Source: an archaeon (lineage in GTDB: Archaea; Iainarchaeota; Iainarchaeia; Iainarchaeales; Iainarchaeaceae). Taken from it: a stretch of DNA of 39,855 bases. Below, one piece after another: positions 9,627 to 17,415 of this stretch; within the stretch, counting starts at the first letter, position 1; the number at the start of each line of letters is the position of its first letter. Made by a program: the position numbers and the translations under genes. The DNA lies in contig DATDXA010000062.1 of assembly GCA_035289485.1 (NCBI GenBank), forward strand, positions 1 to 39,855, read 5' to 3'. A model generated the notes under the pieces. That model did no database searches. It worked only from the letters and a program-made list of their open reading frames with translations, and was not told where the DNA came from.

Positions 9627-9803
9627 GTGGGGCTATTTCGGCTGATAAGGCATGGAACATTTCTCGCGGCCGCATATGCTGTGCTGCTTTATGCAGGAGA
9701 AGCGGTTTTTCCGGGAACTCTTGGAAACTTGGCATTCTCGCCGCTCGCGCTCATATCTGCATTTTCAATGATGCTGCTTGATGCGGCTTACAGCCTGCGG
9801 TGA
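9627..9803 (+). CDS. Small membrane protein (58 aa, 2 TM)
   Basis: GAGGTGA Shine-Dalgarno at 9616-9622 precedes GTG at 9627 in the frame of the 9531..9803 ORF. Confidence 0.55.
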   Translation: MGLFRLIRHGTFLAAAYAVLLYAGEAVFPGTLGNLAFSPLALISAFSMMLLDAAYSLR

Positions 9804-9855
9804 GGCAAAAGCGCGCATAAAAACGTTAATAAAGAGCAAAGCAGAAACTTTATTG

Positions 9856-11235
9856 ATGCGCGGCCCAGAATCCATTGAGCACTTCTTCTCGCCCCAAACC
9901 GTTGCGGTGATTGGCGCGTCTGATCACAAAGGAAGCATCGGGCACACAATTTTTGAGAACATGAAAAAGGCGCAGATAAAGGCGCTTTTCCCAGTGAACC
10001 CAAAGCACGCCACGATACAGGGAATCAGGGCGTACCCAACTGTGAGAGAAACCTCGGGGCAGATTGACCTTGCGGTAATTGTTGTCCCTTCTCACGCGGT
10101 CCCTTCAACTCTTGAAGAGTGCATGCAGCACAAAGTGAAAGCAGTAATTATTGTAAGCGCAGGGTTTTCTGAAACCGGCGAAAGAGACAACACGCGCAAA
10201 ATTTCTGAACTTATAGGCAAATACCCTTCCACAAGGGTTATGGGACCTAACTGCGTTGGAGTGCTAAACAGCCACAACAAAGTGGACACCACATTTTTTG
10301 AGCGCTCGCGAATGAAAGAACCCAAAAAAGGCACGCTCTCATTCATTTCACAATCTGGAGCTCTTGGCTCGATGATACTTGACTGGATTGCAACGCAGCA
10401 GTTTGGGATAAACAAGTTCGCATCTTATGGGAACGCAATGGATGTTGATGAATCTGATTTGCTGGAGTATTTTGGCAGGGATAAGAACACGAAAGTAATC
10501 GCAATGTATCTTGAGGGCGCAAAAGAAGGGCGCAAGTTCTATGAAACCGCCAAAAAAATATCAAGAAAAAAGCCAATTATTGTGCTAAAGGGCGGAAGGC
10601 ACGATGAAACAAGCATGGCTACCGCTTCACACACCGGCTCAATGGCAGGGGCTTCCAAAGTTTATGATGCGGCATTTAAGCAGGCCGGAATTATTGAGGC
10701 GGATGATATTCTGGATTTATTCAGCATAGCAAAGATGCTTGAACGTGAGCCGCTTCCAAAGGGAAACCGCGTGCAAATAATCACAAACGGGGGAGGATTT
10801 GGAATAGTTACAGCCGACCAGATGCTCATGAACGGCCTTGCACTTGCAAAAATTTCACATCAAACCGCGGCAAGGCTTTACAAGCAAATGCCAACAGCAA
10901 CAATCTCAAACCCTATGGACCTTATAGGCGATGCGGATGTTGAAAGGTATCTGAACGCCATTAAAGCCGCGCACAATGATCAAAACGTTGACATCATCGT
11001 AGTGCTTGTGCTCTTCAATTTGCCAAGCCTTGAACTCGGAAAGTTAATGGGTCTTGCGAAACCGCACGGAAAAATCACAAAACCAATAATGGTCATTGCT
11101 ATCGGCAGCGAATTTACGCAAAAATACCTCGAAAAAATGGAGCATGAGGGATTTACAACATTCAATTACCCAAGCATTGTTGCAAAGGCGCTAAAAGAAG
11201 TTGTCGCTTATTCTGAATACTTGAAAAAGAACTAA
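9856..11235 (+). CDS. acdA: Acetyl/acyl-CoA synthetase (ADP-forming) alpha subunit
   Basis: VAVIGAS CoA-binding fold, GPNCVG, ISQSGA, SHTGSMAG phospho-His motif, TNGGGFG, NPMDLIGDA; start moved to ATG 9856. Confidence 0.9.
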   Translation: MRGPESIEHFFSPQTVAVIGASDHKGSIGHTIFENMKKAQIKALFPVNPKHATIQGIRAYPTVRETSGQIDLAVIVVPSHAVPSTLEECMQHKVKAVIIVSAGFSETGERDNTRKISELIGKYPSTRVMGPNCVGVLNSHNKVDTTFFERSRMKEPKKGTLSFISQSGALGSMILDWIATQQFGINKFASYGNAMDVDESDLLEYFGRDKNTKVIAMYLEGAKEGRKFYETAKKISRKKPIIVLKGGRHDETSMATASHTGSMAGASKVYDAAFKQAGIIEADDILDLFSIAKMLEREPLPKGNRVQIITNGGGFGIVTADQMLMNGLALAKISHQTAARLYKQMPTATISNPMDLIGDADVERYLNAIKAAHNDQNVDIIVVLVLFNLPSLELGKLMGLAKPHGKITKPIMVIAIGSEFTQKYLEKMEHEGFTTFNYPSIVAKALKEVVAYSEYLKKN

Positions 11236-12452
11236 CGCAAAGTGATAAGTGAGAGCGCCTTTTCAGGCTCATCTTCTGCAAGAAGGTCGAAGAGTTCCTT
11301 TACTGAAACGCTCCCGAAATCTGTTTCCTTAAGGTTCTTCTCAAGCAGTTCAAGGCCCATTGCGGCAACCGAGAGCTTTGATTTTTGCATCTCGCGAAGC
11401 TCTGAAATCTTCTTTCTGAATGAAACAGAGGAAAAGTTCTTGGAAATTGAAAGGATTGAGCGCGCGGAAAACTCCTCATAGATTTGGTTGATGTTAACAT
11501 CGCAAGCGGAAATGCCTTTTTTTAGAGTGCCCTTAAGGTTTAGCCTAATTAGCGGTTTCATTTCGTGCGTACCCGCAAGATTCGCAGAGATTTCCTTGCG
11601 GCAGGTTTCCAGCACAGCGTCAATTTCAGCGTCCTTAAAATCAATCTTGTGGTAGAAGGCGCGCCTCTGCTTTGAAAAAGGCATGAAAGTAATGGATTTG
11701 GTTTCCGAGTCAAAGAAATGCACTCCCTTTTTCTGGTCGGCCTCTATTTTCTTTATCGAAGTTGCTATGGTGGAACCTGGGAGAATGAAAACCCCGTCCC
11801 CGATTTTGTGCTTTTGCTGCCAGTGCAGATGGCCGTTCACAAACAAATCAAACCCTCGTGGGAGATCTTCAAGTGAGAGCGTTGCAACCATTTCATCATC
11901 AACTGCCATGAATTCCTTAAAGCCCTGGTGCGTCATCAGGATATTGGCGCAGCCCTTTTCAGGCTTGGGAGCCCAGTGCTGCAAAACTTCAAGGGCTTTT
12001 TTCTCGGGAACCGAACCAAGTCCGAAAACAACCGCGCGCTCATTTCCCTTTTTGAGAACAACTTTCCCTGCATGGAAATAAAAAATAAGGCCGGAAACGG
12101 AAAGAACGTCAAGTGCTGTGCGGGTATCTTTCCCAGCGTATTCGTGGTTGCCATGGATTGCAAGTATAGGGAGCCCTTCAAAAGAGAGCTGCTTTTTCTC
12201 AGTATTCTTCTCAAAAACCGCATTTATTTCGCATCTGCCCTTTTTCCCGGCAGAGAATGCAGCCATTGCGCGGTAGAGTGTGTCATGCGAAGGGACGGGA
12301 GCGTCAAATACATCCCCCGCAAGGATTACGACATCTGCGCTTTCCTGCACGCATATATTTATTGCCTGCTCTAAGTTCTCAAAAGATTCCTGCGCCCTCT
12401 CGCCGCGGGAATCAAACCCCAAGTGAGTATCTGAAAAAATTCCAACCTTCAT
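11232..12452 (-). CDS. mre11: Mre11/SbcD-type DNA repair exonuclease
   Basis: Metallophosphoesterase motifs SDTHLG, AGDVFD, IHGNHE, MTHQ, NGHLH, PGS. Confidence 0.88.
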   Translation of the reverse strand: MKVGIFSDTHLGFDSRGERAQESFENLEQAINICVQESADVVILAGDVFDAPVPSHDTLYRAMAAFSAGKKGRCEINAVFEKNTEKKQLSFEGLPILAIHGNHEYAGKDTRTALDVLSVSGLIFYFHAGKVVLKKGNERAVVFGLGSVPEKKALEVLQHWAPKPEKGCANILMTHQGFKEFMAVDDEMVATLSLEDLPRGFDLFVNGHLHWQQKHKIGDGVFILPGSTIATSIKKIEADQKKGVHFFDSETKSITFMPFSKQRRAFYHKIDFKDAEIDAVLETCRKEISANLAGTHEMKPLIRLNLKGTLKKGISACDVNINQIYEEFSARSILSISKNFSSVSFRKKISELREMQKSKLSVAAMGLELLEKNLKETDFGSVSVKELFDLLAEDEPEKALSLITLR

Positions 12453-13105
12453 TTTGCCACCATCGATTTTAGCTTTGCTGGATTGATCTCGGTGAAGTTC
12501 TTTATTACCAAATCCGCACTCCTAAAATCCTGCAAGGAAGTGAATTTATTTGGAATTGCAATGCATTTGAGGCCGGCGCCCTTGGCAGAATCAAGCCCTA
12601 TTGCAGTGTCTTCAATTGCAATGCAATTCGAAGCGCGTGCACGGATGGTTTGAACTGCTTTGAGATAGGTTTCAGGATTCGGCTTGTGCTCGGTAACATC
12701 CTCATATGAAATAATATTGGAAAAATAATGGGCGATTTCAAGCTTTTTGAGGAAAAAATCTATATTGGGGCGTGAATTGTTTGAGGCGATTGCCATGCGT
12801 ATCTTGCTCTTTTTTAGGGAGCGGAGCAGCATATCAAGGTGCTCATCAAGAAGCAGCGATTTTTCCATTTCAGCCATCATTGCAGCGGAAGTGTCGCGCA
12901 CAAACGGCTCGCGCTGCACATTCAGCTTGTATTTCTCATTTATGTACGCGAGCTTTTTTGCAAAAGTCATACCCACGAGATTGGAAACGTCTTCATCGGT
13001 TATATCTGTGTTCAACTTCTCGAGGTATTCGCGCATATGCTTGAAATAATATGAGGGCGTATCTACTAGAACGCCGTCGAAATCGAAAATTACCGCTTCA
13101 AGCAC
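12449..13105 (-). CDS. HAD-superfamily phosphatase (beta-PGM/CbbY-like)
   Basis: FDFDGVLVDT, ASN, HKPNPETY, IEDTAIG. Confidence 0.9.
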   Translation of the reverse strand: MLEAVIFDFDGVLVDTPSYYFKHMREYLEKLNTDITDEDVSNLVGMTFAKKLAYINEKYKLNVQREPFVRDTSAAMMAEMEKSLLLDEHLDMLLRSLKKSKIRMAIASNNSRPNIDFFLKKLEIAHYFSNIISYEDVTEHKPNPETYLKAVQTIRARASNCIAIEDTAIGLDSAKGAGLKCIAIPNKFTSLQDFRSADLVIKNFTEINPAKLKSMVAK

Positions 13106-13751
13106 TAAAAAGCGCCCCGATATTTTTTATTGAGAGTTCTGAGAGCGAATCCACTATCAGGTCGGCATCTAGCAGGAAATTCCGATCTTTAGTATTGGTA
13201 ACGCCCACGATTTTCATCCCCGCGGATTTTGCAGACATTATGCCATGCACTGAATCCTCCACTACAACGCACTCTGAAGGGGAAACATTTAGGAGTTTAG
13301 CGGCTTTGAGATAGCCTTCGGGCGAAGGTTTTGCCTGCGAGACTTCATTTCCGCAAACAATAACCTTGAATGAACCATTAATTCCAAGCTCTGAGAGTAT
13401 GTGCTCGACAAAACGCCTGTCAGAGCTTGAAAAAAGCCCGAGCGGAACATTATGCTTTTTTAGGAGATAGAAAAATTCCAAAAATCCGGGGATTGGCTTT
13501 ATGCCGCGCGTTTTTGAAATGAGCTGCGCGTACTTTTTTGCAACCATTGCGGAAACTTCGCTGTCTTGCTTGTTGCTGACTTTTTTAATCCCCTCAAATG
13601 AGCTCATGCCGCTTGTTTTCAAAAGCTCGGTCATTTCAATATGCACTCCGTGGGCCCTTAGAACTTCCTGCTCCGCTTCAAAGTGCAAATCCATTGTGTC
13701 CACAATGACGCCGTCCATGTCAAAAATTACCGCACGGAGCAAGCAAATCAC
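13098..13751 (-). CDS. HAD-superfamily phosphatase (beta-PGM/CbbY-like), tandem paralog
   Basis: FDMDGVIVDT, FSSS, AKPSPEGY, VEDSVHG. Confidence 0.9.
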   Translation of the reverse strand: MICLLRAVIFDMDGVIVDTMDLHFEAEQEVLRAHGVHIEMTELLKTSGMSSFEGIKKVSNKQDSEVSAMVAKKYAQLISKTRGIKPIPGFLEFFYLLKKHNVPLGLFSSSDRRFVEHILSELGINGSFKVIVCGNEVSQAKPSPEGYLKAAKLLNVSPSECVVVEDSVHGIMSAKSAGMKIVGVTNTKDRNFLLDADLIVDSLSELSIKNIGALFSA

Positions 13752-14266
13752 CTTTTCCCATAGCGCAAAAGCAAGGTGCCGCCCTTGTTTAGCTTTTTTA
13801 GAGAAACAAGCCGGAAATGCGTGTTCTTTTTACCTTTTTCAAAAAGCGAGATCCCTTTTCCAAAAACAATCGGCTCAAGAGTTAGGAGAAGTTCATGCGC
13901 AAGATTTTTTCCAAGGAAATAATCGAAAATCTGCGTGCCGCCGAGCACGGCGACATTTCTGTACCCGTGCGCCTGGCAATAGTTTTGGATATTTGTGCGC
14001 GCAAGATTCATGAAAACGCACTTTTCACTTTTCCATCGCGGAGCAGTTACATGCCGCGTGAAAACAATCAGGTTTCTTTTCAGGAGGAATTTCTTTGCGG
14101 TTTTGTATGTGTTGTTTCCAACTAGCACCACATCGGCCGTATCAAGTTCGCGGTGAAAAAACTTCTTGTCCTCTTTTGAAGACCAGTCGCTTAAATGGGA
14201 TGAATTTCTCGCTATTTTGCCATCAAGAGTGATTACGGCAATGAGACGGAAAAGCGGCTTTTTCAT
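13748..14266 (-). CDS. Dihydrofolate reductase-like / RibD C-terminal domain protein
   Basis: IAVITLDGKIA, DWSSKEDKKFF, VLVGNNTY, VLGGTQI, EPIVFGKG; start placed at MKKPLF. Confidence 0.85.
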   Translation of the reverse strand: MKKPLFRLIAVITLDGKIARNSSHLSDWSSKEDKKFFHRELDTADVVLVGNNTYKTAKKFLLKRNLIVFTRHVTAPRWKSEKCVFMNLARTNIQNYCQAHGYRNVAVLGGTQIFDYFLGKNLAHELLLTLEPIVFGKGISLFEKGKKNTHFRLVSLKKLNKGGTLLLRYGKR

Positions 14267-14408
14267 GCAATAAAAAGCACAGTAAAGCGATAAAATACAT
14301 TCCTGCGCATGCCCCCAAACCAACCTTTTTAACGGTTTTCAAACCCTTTCAGAATGGTTATTTCCCTTTTTCAACAGGAAAAAGTGCGGCCTTTTCTTTT
14401 TGGCCAAG

Positions 14409-14436
14409 CTTTTTCTTTTCTGCAGAAAAGAAAAAG
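14409..14436. repeat. Perfect 28-bp palindrome immediately upstream of tRNA-Cys
   Basis: CTTTTTCTTTTCTG|CAGAAAAGAAAAAG; extends to 14405-14440 with one mismatch. Confidence 0.85.
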
Positions 14437-14439
14437 GTT

Positions 14440-14510
14440 GCTGGGATGTCAGAGCGGTTATGTACCCGCCTGCAGAGCGGGCTAGGAGGGTTCAACTCCC
14501 TCTCCCAGCT
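14440..14510 (+). tRNA. tRNA-Cys(GCA), intronless, CCA not encoded
   Basis: Acceptor GCTGGGA/TCCCAGC, anticodon stem CCCGC/GCGGG with loop CT-GCA-GA (anticodon 14472-14474), T-arm GAGGG-TTCAACT-CCCTC, discriminator U73. Confidence 0.93.
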
Positions 14511-14567
14511 TATGTTACTCATTTATAGTTGTTACTCAGGGTTTTTTAAATAGAATTGAGTAACATA
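14511..14567 (+). promoter_or_regulatory. Fic gene promoter with inverted-repeat operator
   Basis: TATGTTACTCA (14511-14521), partial copy TGTTACTCA (14530-14538) and perfect reverse complement TGAGTAACATA (14557-14567) flanking TATA-like TTTTAAATA. Confidence 0.6.
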
Positions 14568-14572
14568 CTACT

Positions 14573-15505
14573 ATGGTTTATTTAGTTGAATCTAAGCGCG
14601 GCAGGAAGTCCTACTTTTACCTGGTTGAAAATGTAGCGTTGGCTAAAGGCAAGAGAAAACAATTCAGGAAATATCTTGGAAATACAAGACCATCGAAACA
14701 AAAAACTGAAATACTGGTTTCGGATTTCAAGAAAGAAATAGAAAACGAGAAACATTCGCTTACCGGATACCATTATTTGCTGCCGGATGAAATAGAGAAG
14801 GTTGACCAAATCAATTCAGAATTCGGCAAAAGATTCGCAAAGTTAAATGAAACCGAAAAAGAGCAGTTTGAGCGCAATTTCGTGAACGTTTTTGTCTACA
14901 ACTCCAATTCTATAGAAGGCTCAACTCTCACTCCTAGGGAAGTCGAACTGTTGCTTGAAGAAAACATATCCCCGAACAAATCACTTGAAGATGTGCTTGA
15001 GGCCAAGAACGCCGAAAAGGCACTGATTTTCATCAAACAAACCAAAGAAGAGCTCAATAGCGAACTTCTGCACAAGCTCCACGAAATTTATTTCAAGGAC
15101 ACAAAGCCTGCGATAGCCGGAAGATTCAAAACAAAGGATAATCTGGTCAGAGGGGCAACATTCCAAACAACCCCTGCGGCATACGTGCTTGCAGACATGA
15201 AAAACTACTTTAAAGATTACGAGGAACTCTCAAAAAAATACCATCCACTTGAACTTGCGGCATGGGCCCACTGGAAACTAGAAAAAATCCACCCGTTTCA
15301 GGATGGCAACGGCAGGATTGGCAGACTTGTGATGAATTACACGCTGAAAAAAAACAGTTACCAGATGATTGACATTAAAACCAAGGAAAAACGAAATTAC
15401 TTCAGGGCGCTGCAAAAATGCGATGATGAAAACACTGGAGAGCCACTGGCCAAATTATTGGTAAAAAGATTTGAAAAGCAATACAGTTATGCGTTAAAAA
15501 TATGA
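14573..15505 (+). CDS. Fic family protein (class II-like, internal inhibitory helix)
   Basis: HPFQDGNGRIGR Fic motif; SNSIEG matches (S/T)xxxE(G/N). Confidence 0.92.
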   Translation: MVYLVESKRGRKSYFYLVENVALAKGKRKQFRKYLGNTRPSKQKTEILVSDFKKEIENEKHSLTGYHYLLPDEIEKVDQINSEFGKRFAKLNETEKEQFERNFVNVFVYNSNSIEGSTLTPREVELLLEENISPNKSLEDVLEAKNAEKALIFIKQTKEELNSELLHKLHEIYFKDTKPAIAGRFKTKDNLVRGATFQTTPAAYVLADMKNYFKDYEELSKKYHPLELAAWAHWKLEKIHPFQDGNGRIGRLVMNYTLKKNSYQMIDIKTKEKRNYFRALQKCDDENTGEPLAKLLVKRFEKQYSYALKI

Positions 15506-15524
15506 ATGTTGGAGGGAGAATAAC

Positions 15525-15923
15525 ATGAAAAGAGTTATTTTCGTTTGCATGAGCAATTCAAGAAGAAGCATAATGGCAGAAGCCATTTTTGACAAGTTGA
15601 CCGGGCCGAAAGCCCAAAGCGCCGGGATTGACCCCAAACCGGCAGACCAAAATACTTTTCTTGTGCTGAAAGAAATTGGAATTGATTGCAAAGGAAAGTC
15701 AAAGAAAGTTACGGAAGCAATGCTCGAACAAGCCGACAAAATAATAACATTCAGGTGCGCAGAGCACATTCCAGAAAAATACCACCCAAAAGTGCAAAAT
15801 TGGGATTTTGGCGCAAAAAGGCAAGTAGGAGAAGAACAAAAAGAAAGAACATTGGAATACATGAGGGAATTGCGAGATTCGATTTATGAAAAAGTAAAAG
15901 AACTTATCGGACAGATAGGATAA
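15525..15923 (+). CDS. Low-molecular-weight phosphatase / ArsC-like protein
   Basis: P-loop FVCMSNSRRSIMAEA, SAGI, ADKIITF; SD GGAGG upstream. Confidence 0.85.
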   Translation: MKRVIFVCMSNSRRSIMAEAIFDKLTGPKAQSAGIDPKPADQNTFLVLKEIGIDCKGKSKKVTEAMLEQADKIITFRCAEHIPEKYHPKVQNWDFGAKRQVGEEQKERTLEYMRELRDSIYEKVKELIGQIG

Positions 15924-15959
15924 GTAAGACAGAACAGGGAGTCAAACTTTTGTTAGTAG

Positions 15960-15973
15960 TCCCTCTCCCAGCT
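15960..15973 (+). repeat. Exact 14-bp duplicate of the tRNA-Cys 3' end (attR-like)
   Basis: TCCCTCTCCCAGCT is identical to 14497-14510. Confidence 0.8.
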
Positions 15974-16030
15974 ATCCCCCAAAAGTTCCACTCCTGATAA
16001 TTTTATAAACTTGGGAAGAATAATGTTGTT

Positions 16031-16597
16031 ATGCCAAAGCCCAAAAAAGATTTGCCGCCAAAACAGCGCGAGGAACTGCTGAAGATTCTCAAAGCCCGCT
16101 TTGAGAAAAACATGAGCCGCCACAAAGGCATTGAATGGGCAAAAGTGCAGGCAAAATTGGAAGCCAATCCTGAAAAACTCTGGTCACTTAATGAAATGGA
16201 AATAACCGGCGGTGAACCCGATGTTGCAGGCCAGGATAAAAAGAGCGGCGAATACATTTTTTATGATTGTTCAGAGGAAAGCCCAAAAGGGCGCAGAAGC
16301 ATTTGCTACGACCGCGAAGCGCTCGAGTCAAGAAAAGAACATAAACCGAAAAATAATGCCATTGATATGGCAGCCGGCATGGGAATTGAAATTTTAACGG
16401 AAGAACAATACAGGGAGCTGCAAAAACTTGGAAATTTCGATATGAAAACATCAAGCTGGATGAAAACACCGCCTGAAATCAGAAAACTCGGCGGCGCGCT
16501 CTATTGTGATAGGCGCTACGGGCAGGTCTTCTTGTATCACAATGGCGCGGAATCTTACTATGCTGTCAGGGGATTGCGCGGCTCTCTAAGAGTATAA
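16031..16597 (+). CDS. DUF4256 family protein
   Basis: ARFEKNM.RH.GIEW.KV..KL...KLWSL.EME.TGGEPDV...CYDREAL...YHNGAESYYA.RG; recognised from memory of the family. Confidence 0.8.
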   Translation: MPKPKKDLPPKQREELLKILKARFEKNMSRHKGIEWAKVQAKLEANPEKLWSLNEMEITGGEPDVAGQDKKSGEYIFYDCSEESPKGRRSICYDREALESRKEHKPKNNAIDMAAGMGIEILTEEQYRELQKLGNFDMKTSSWMKTPPEIRKLGGALYCDRRYGQVFLYHNGAESYYAVRGLRGSLRV

Positions 16598-16636
16598 AAA
16601 TTCTGTGTCGCGCCACCAGCTTGAAACTATTTGTGC

Positions 16637-17314
16637 CTAGAGATAGTACTTGAAGTTCTTTTCGAATAGAGCGATGAACTTCTTGTAATCAGCCGGGTGC
16701 GCTTTGATTTGCTCCTCGTAAAGCGCGGTTATTATTTTATAAGTCTTTTTCTGTTCTGCGTTCAGAGTCTCCATAAGCACTGGTTTTCTGCGGTACGCCT
16801 CGGTTTTCCAGCAAATTGAGAGCACGGAATCCATTATTTTCCAGGTTTTTTCCTTGCTAAGTGAAGCTATTTTCTCCAAAGGGCTGGCAGCGTTTGCAGC
16901 ATTCTTGGCTGAAAGGAAATGATAGTTGAACTTCGAACCCACAAGCACAGAAAATTCTGATGAACTTGTCACATTCCATATCCCTGCAGAAAACGGCGTA
17001 AGAAACGGATCGTTGACCAGCACATGGCGCTCATCATAATTGATGAAATATTGGCGCCAGATTGCTTCCAGGTTTGCTTCAGTAATATAATACTTGAGAA
17101 TTGGCGAGCCAAAGAAGAGGTCCCCCGCATCCAGCTTTTCAATCGAAAGCAGGTTCTTTTCACCAAGCTTTTCAAGGCGCTCACGCCAATGCTTCTGCCC
17201 AGCGGATTTAATCCCCAAAAGCCTGCCAATCTGCCCTTTTGTCATCTTTAGGGGGATTGACCAGATTAGCGCGAGCAAAATCTCTTCATCAGTGTAATTT
17301 GGTGCTTTTGGCAT
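16637..17314 (-). CDS. Hypothetical protein with probable N-terminal winged helix-turn-helix
   Basis: EEILLAL...MTKGQIGRLLGI...RERLEKLGEKNLLS...KYYIT pattern; remainder unrecognised. Confidence 0.6.
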   Translation of the reverse strand: MPKAPNYTDEEILLALIWSIPLKMTKGQIGRLLGIKSAGQKHWRERLEKLGEKNLLSIEKLDAGDLFFGSPILKYYITEANLEAIWRQYFINYDERHVLVNDPFLTPFSAGIWNVTSSSEFSVLVGSKFNYHFLSAKNAANAASPLEKIASLSKEKTWKIMDSVLSICWKTEAYRRKPVLMETLNAEQKKTYKIITALYEEQIKAHPADYKKFIALFEKNFKYYL

Positions 17315-17415
17315 ATTTGATTCACGTCCTATTTAGTTTCTTACATATTATTACTTAAGCTAAGCACAAGAGAGCCAAGGGTGCGATTTTGCATTCTTGC
17401 AGCAAATAATGTTTT

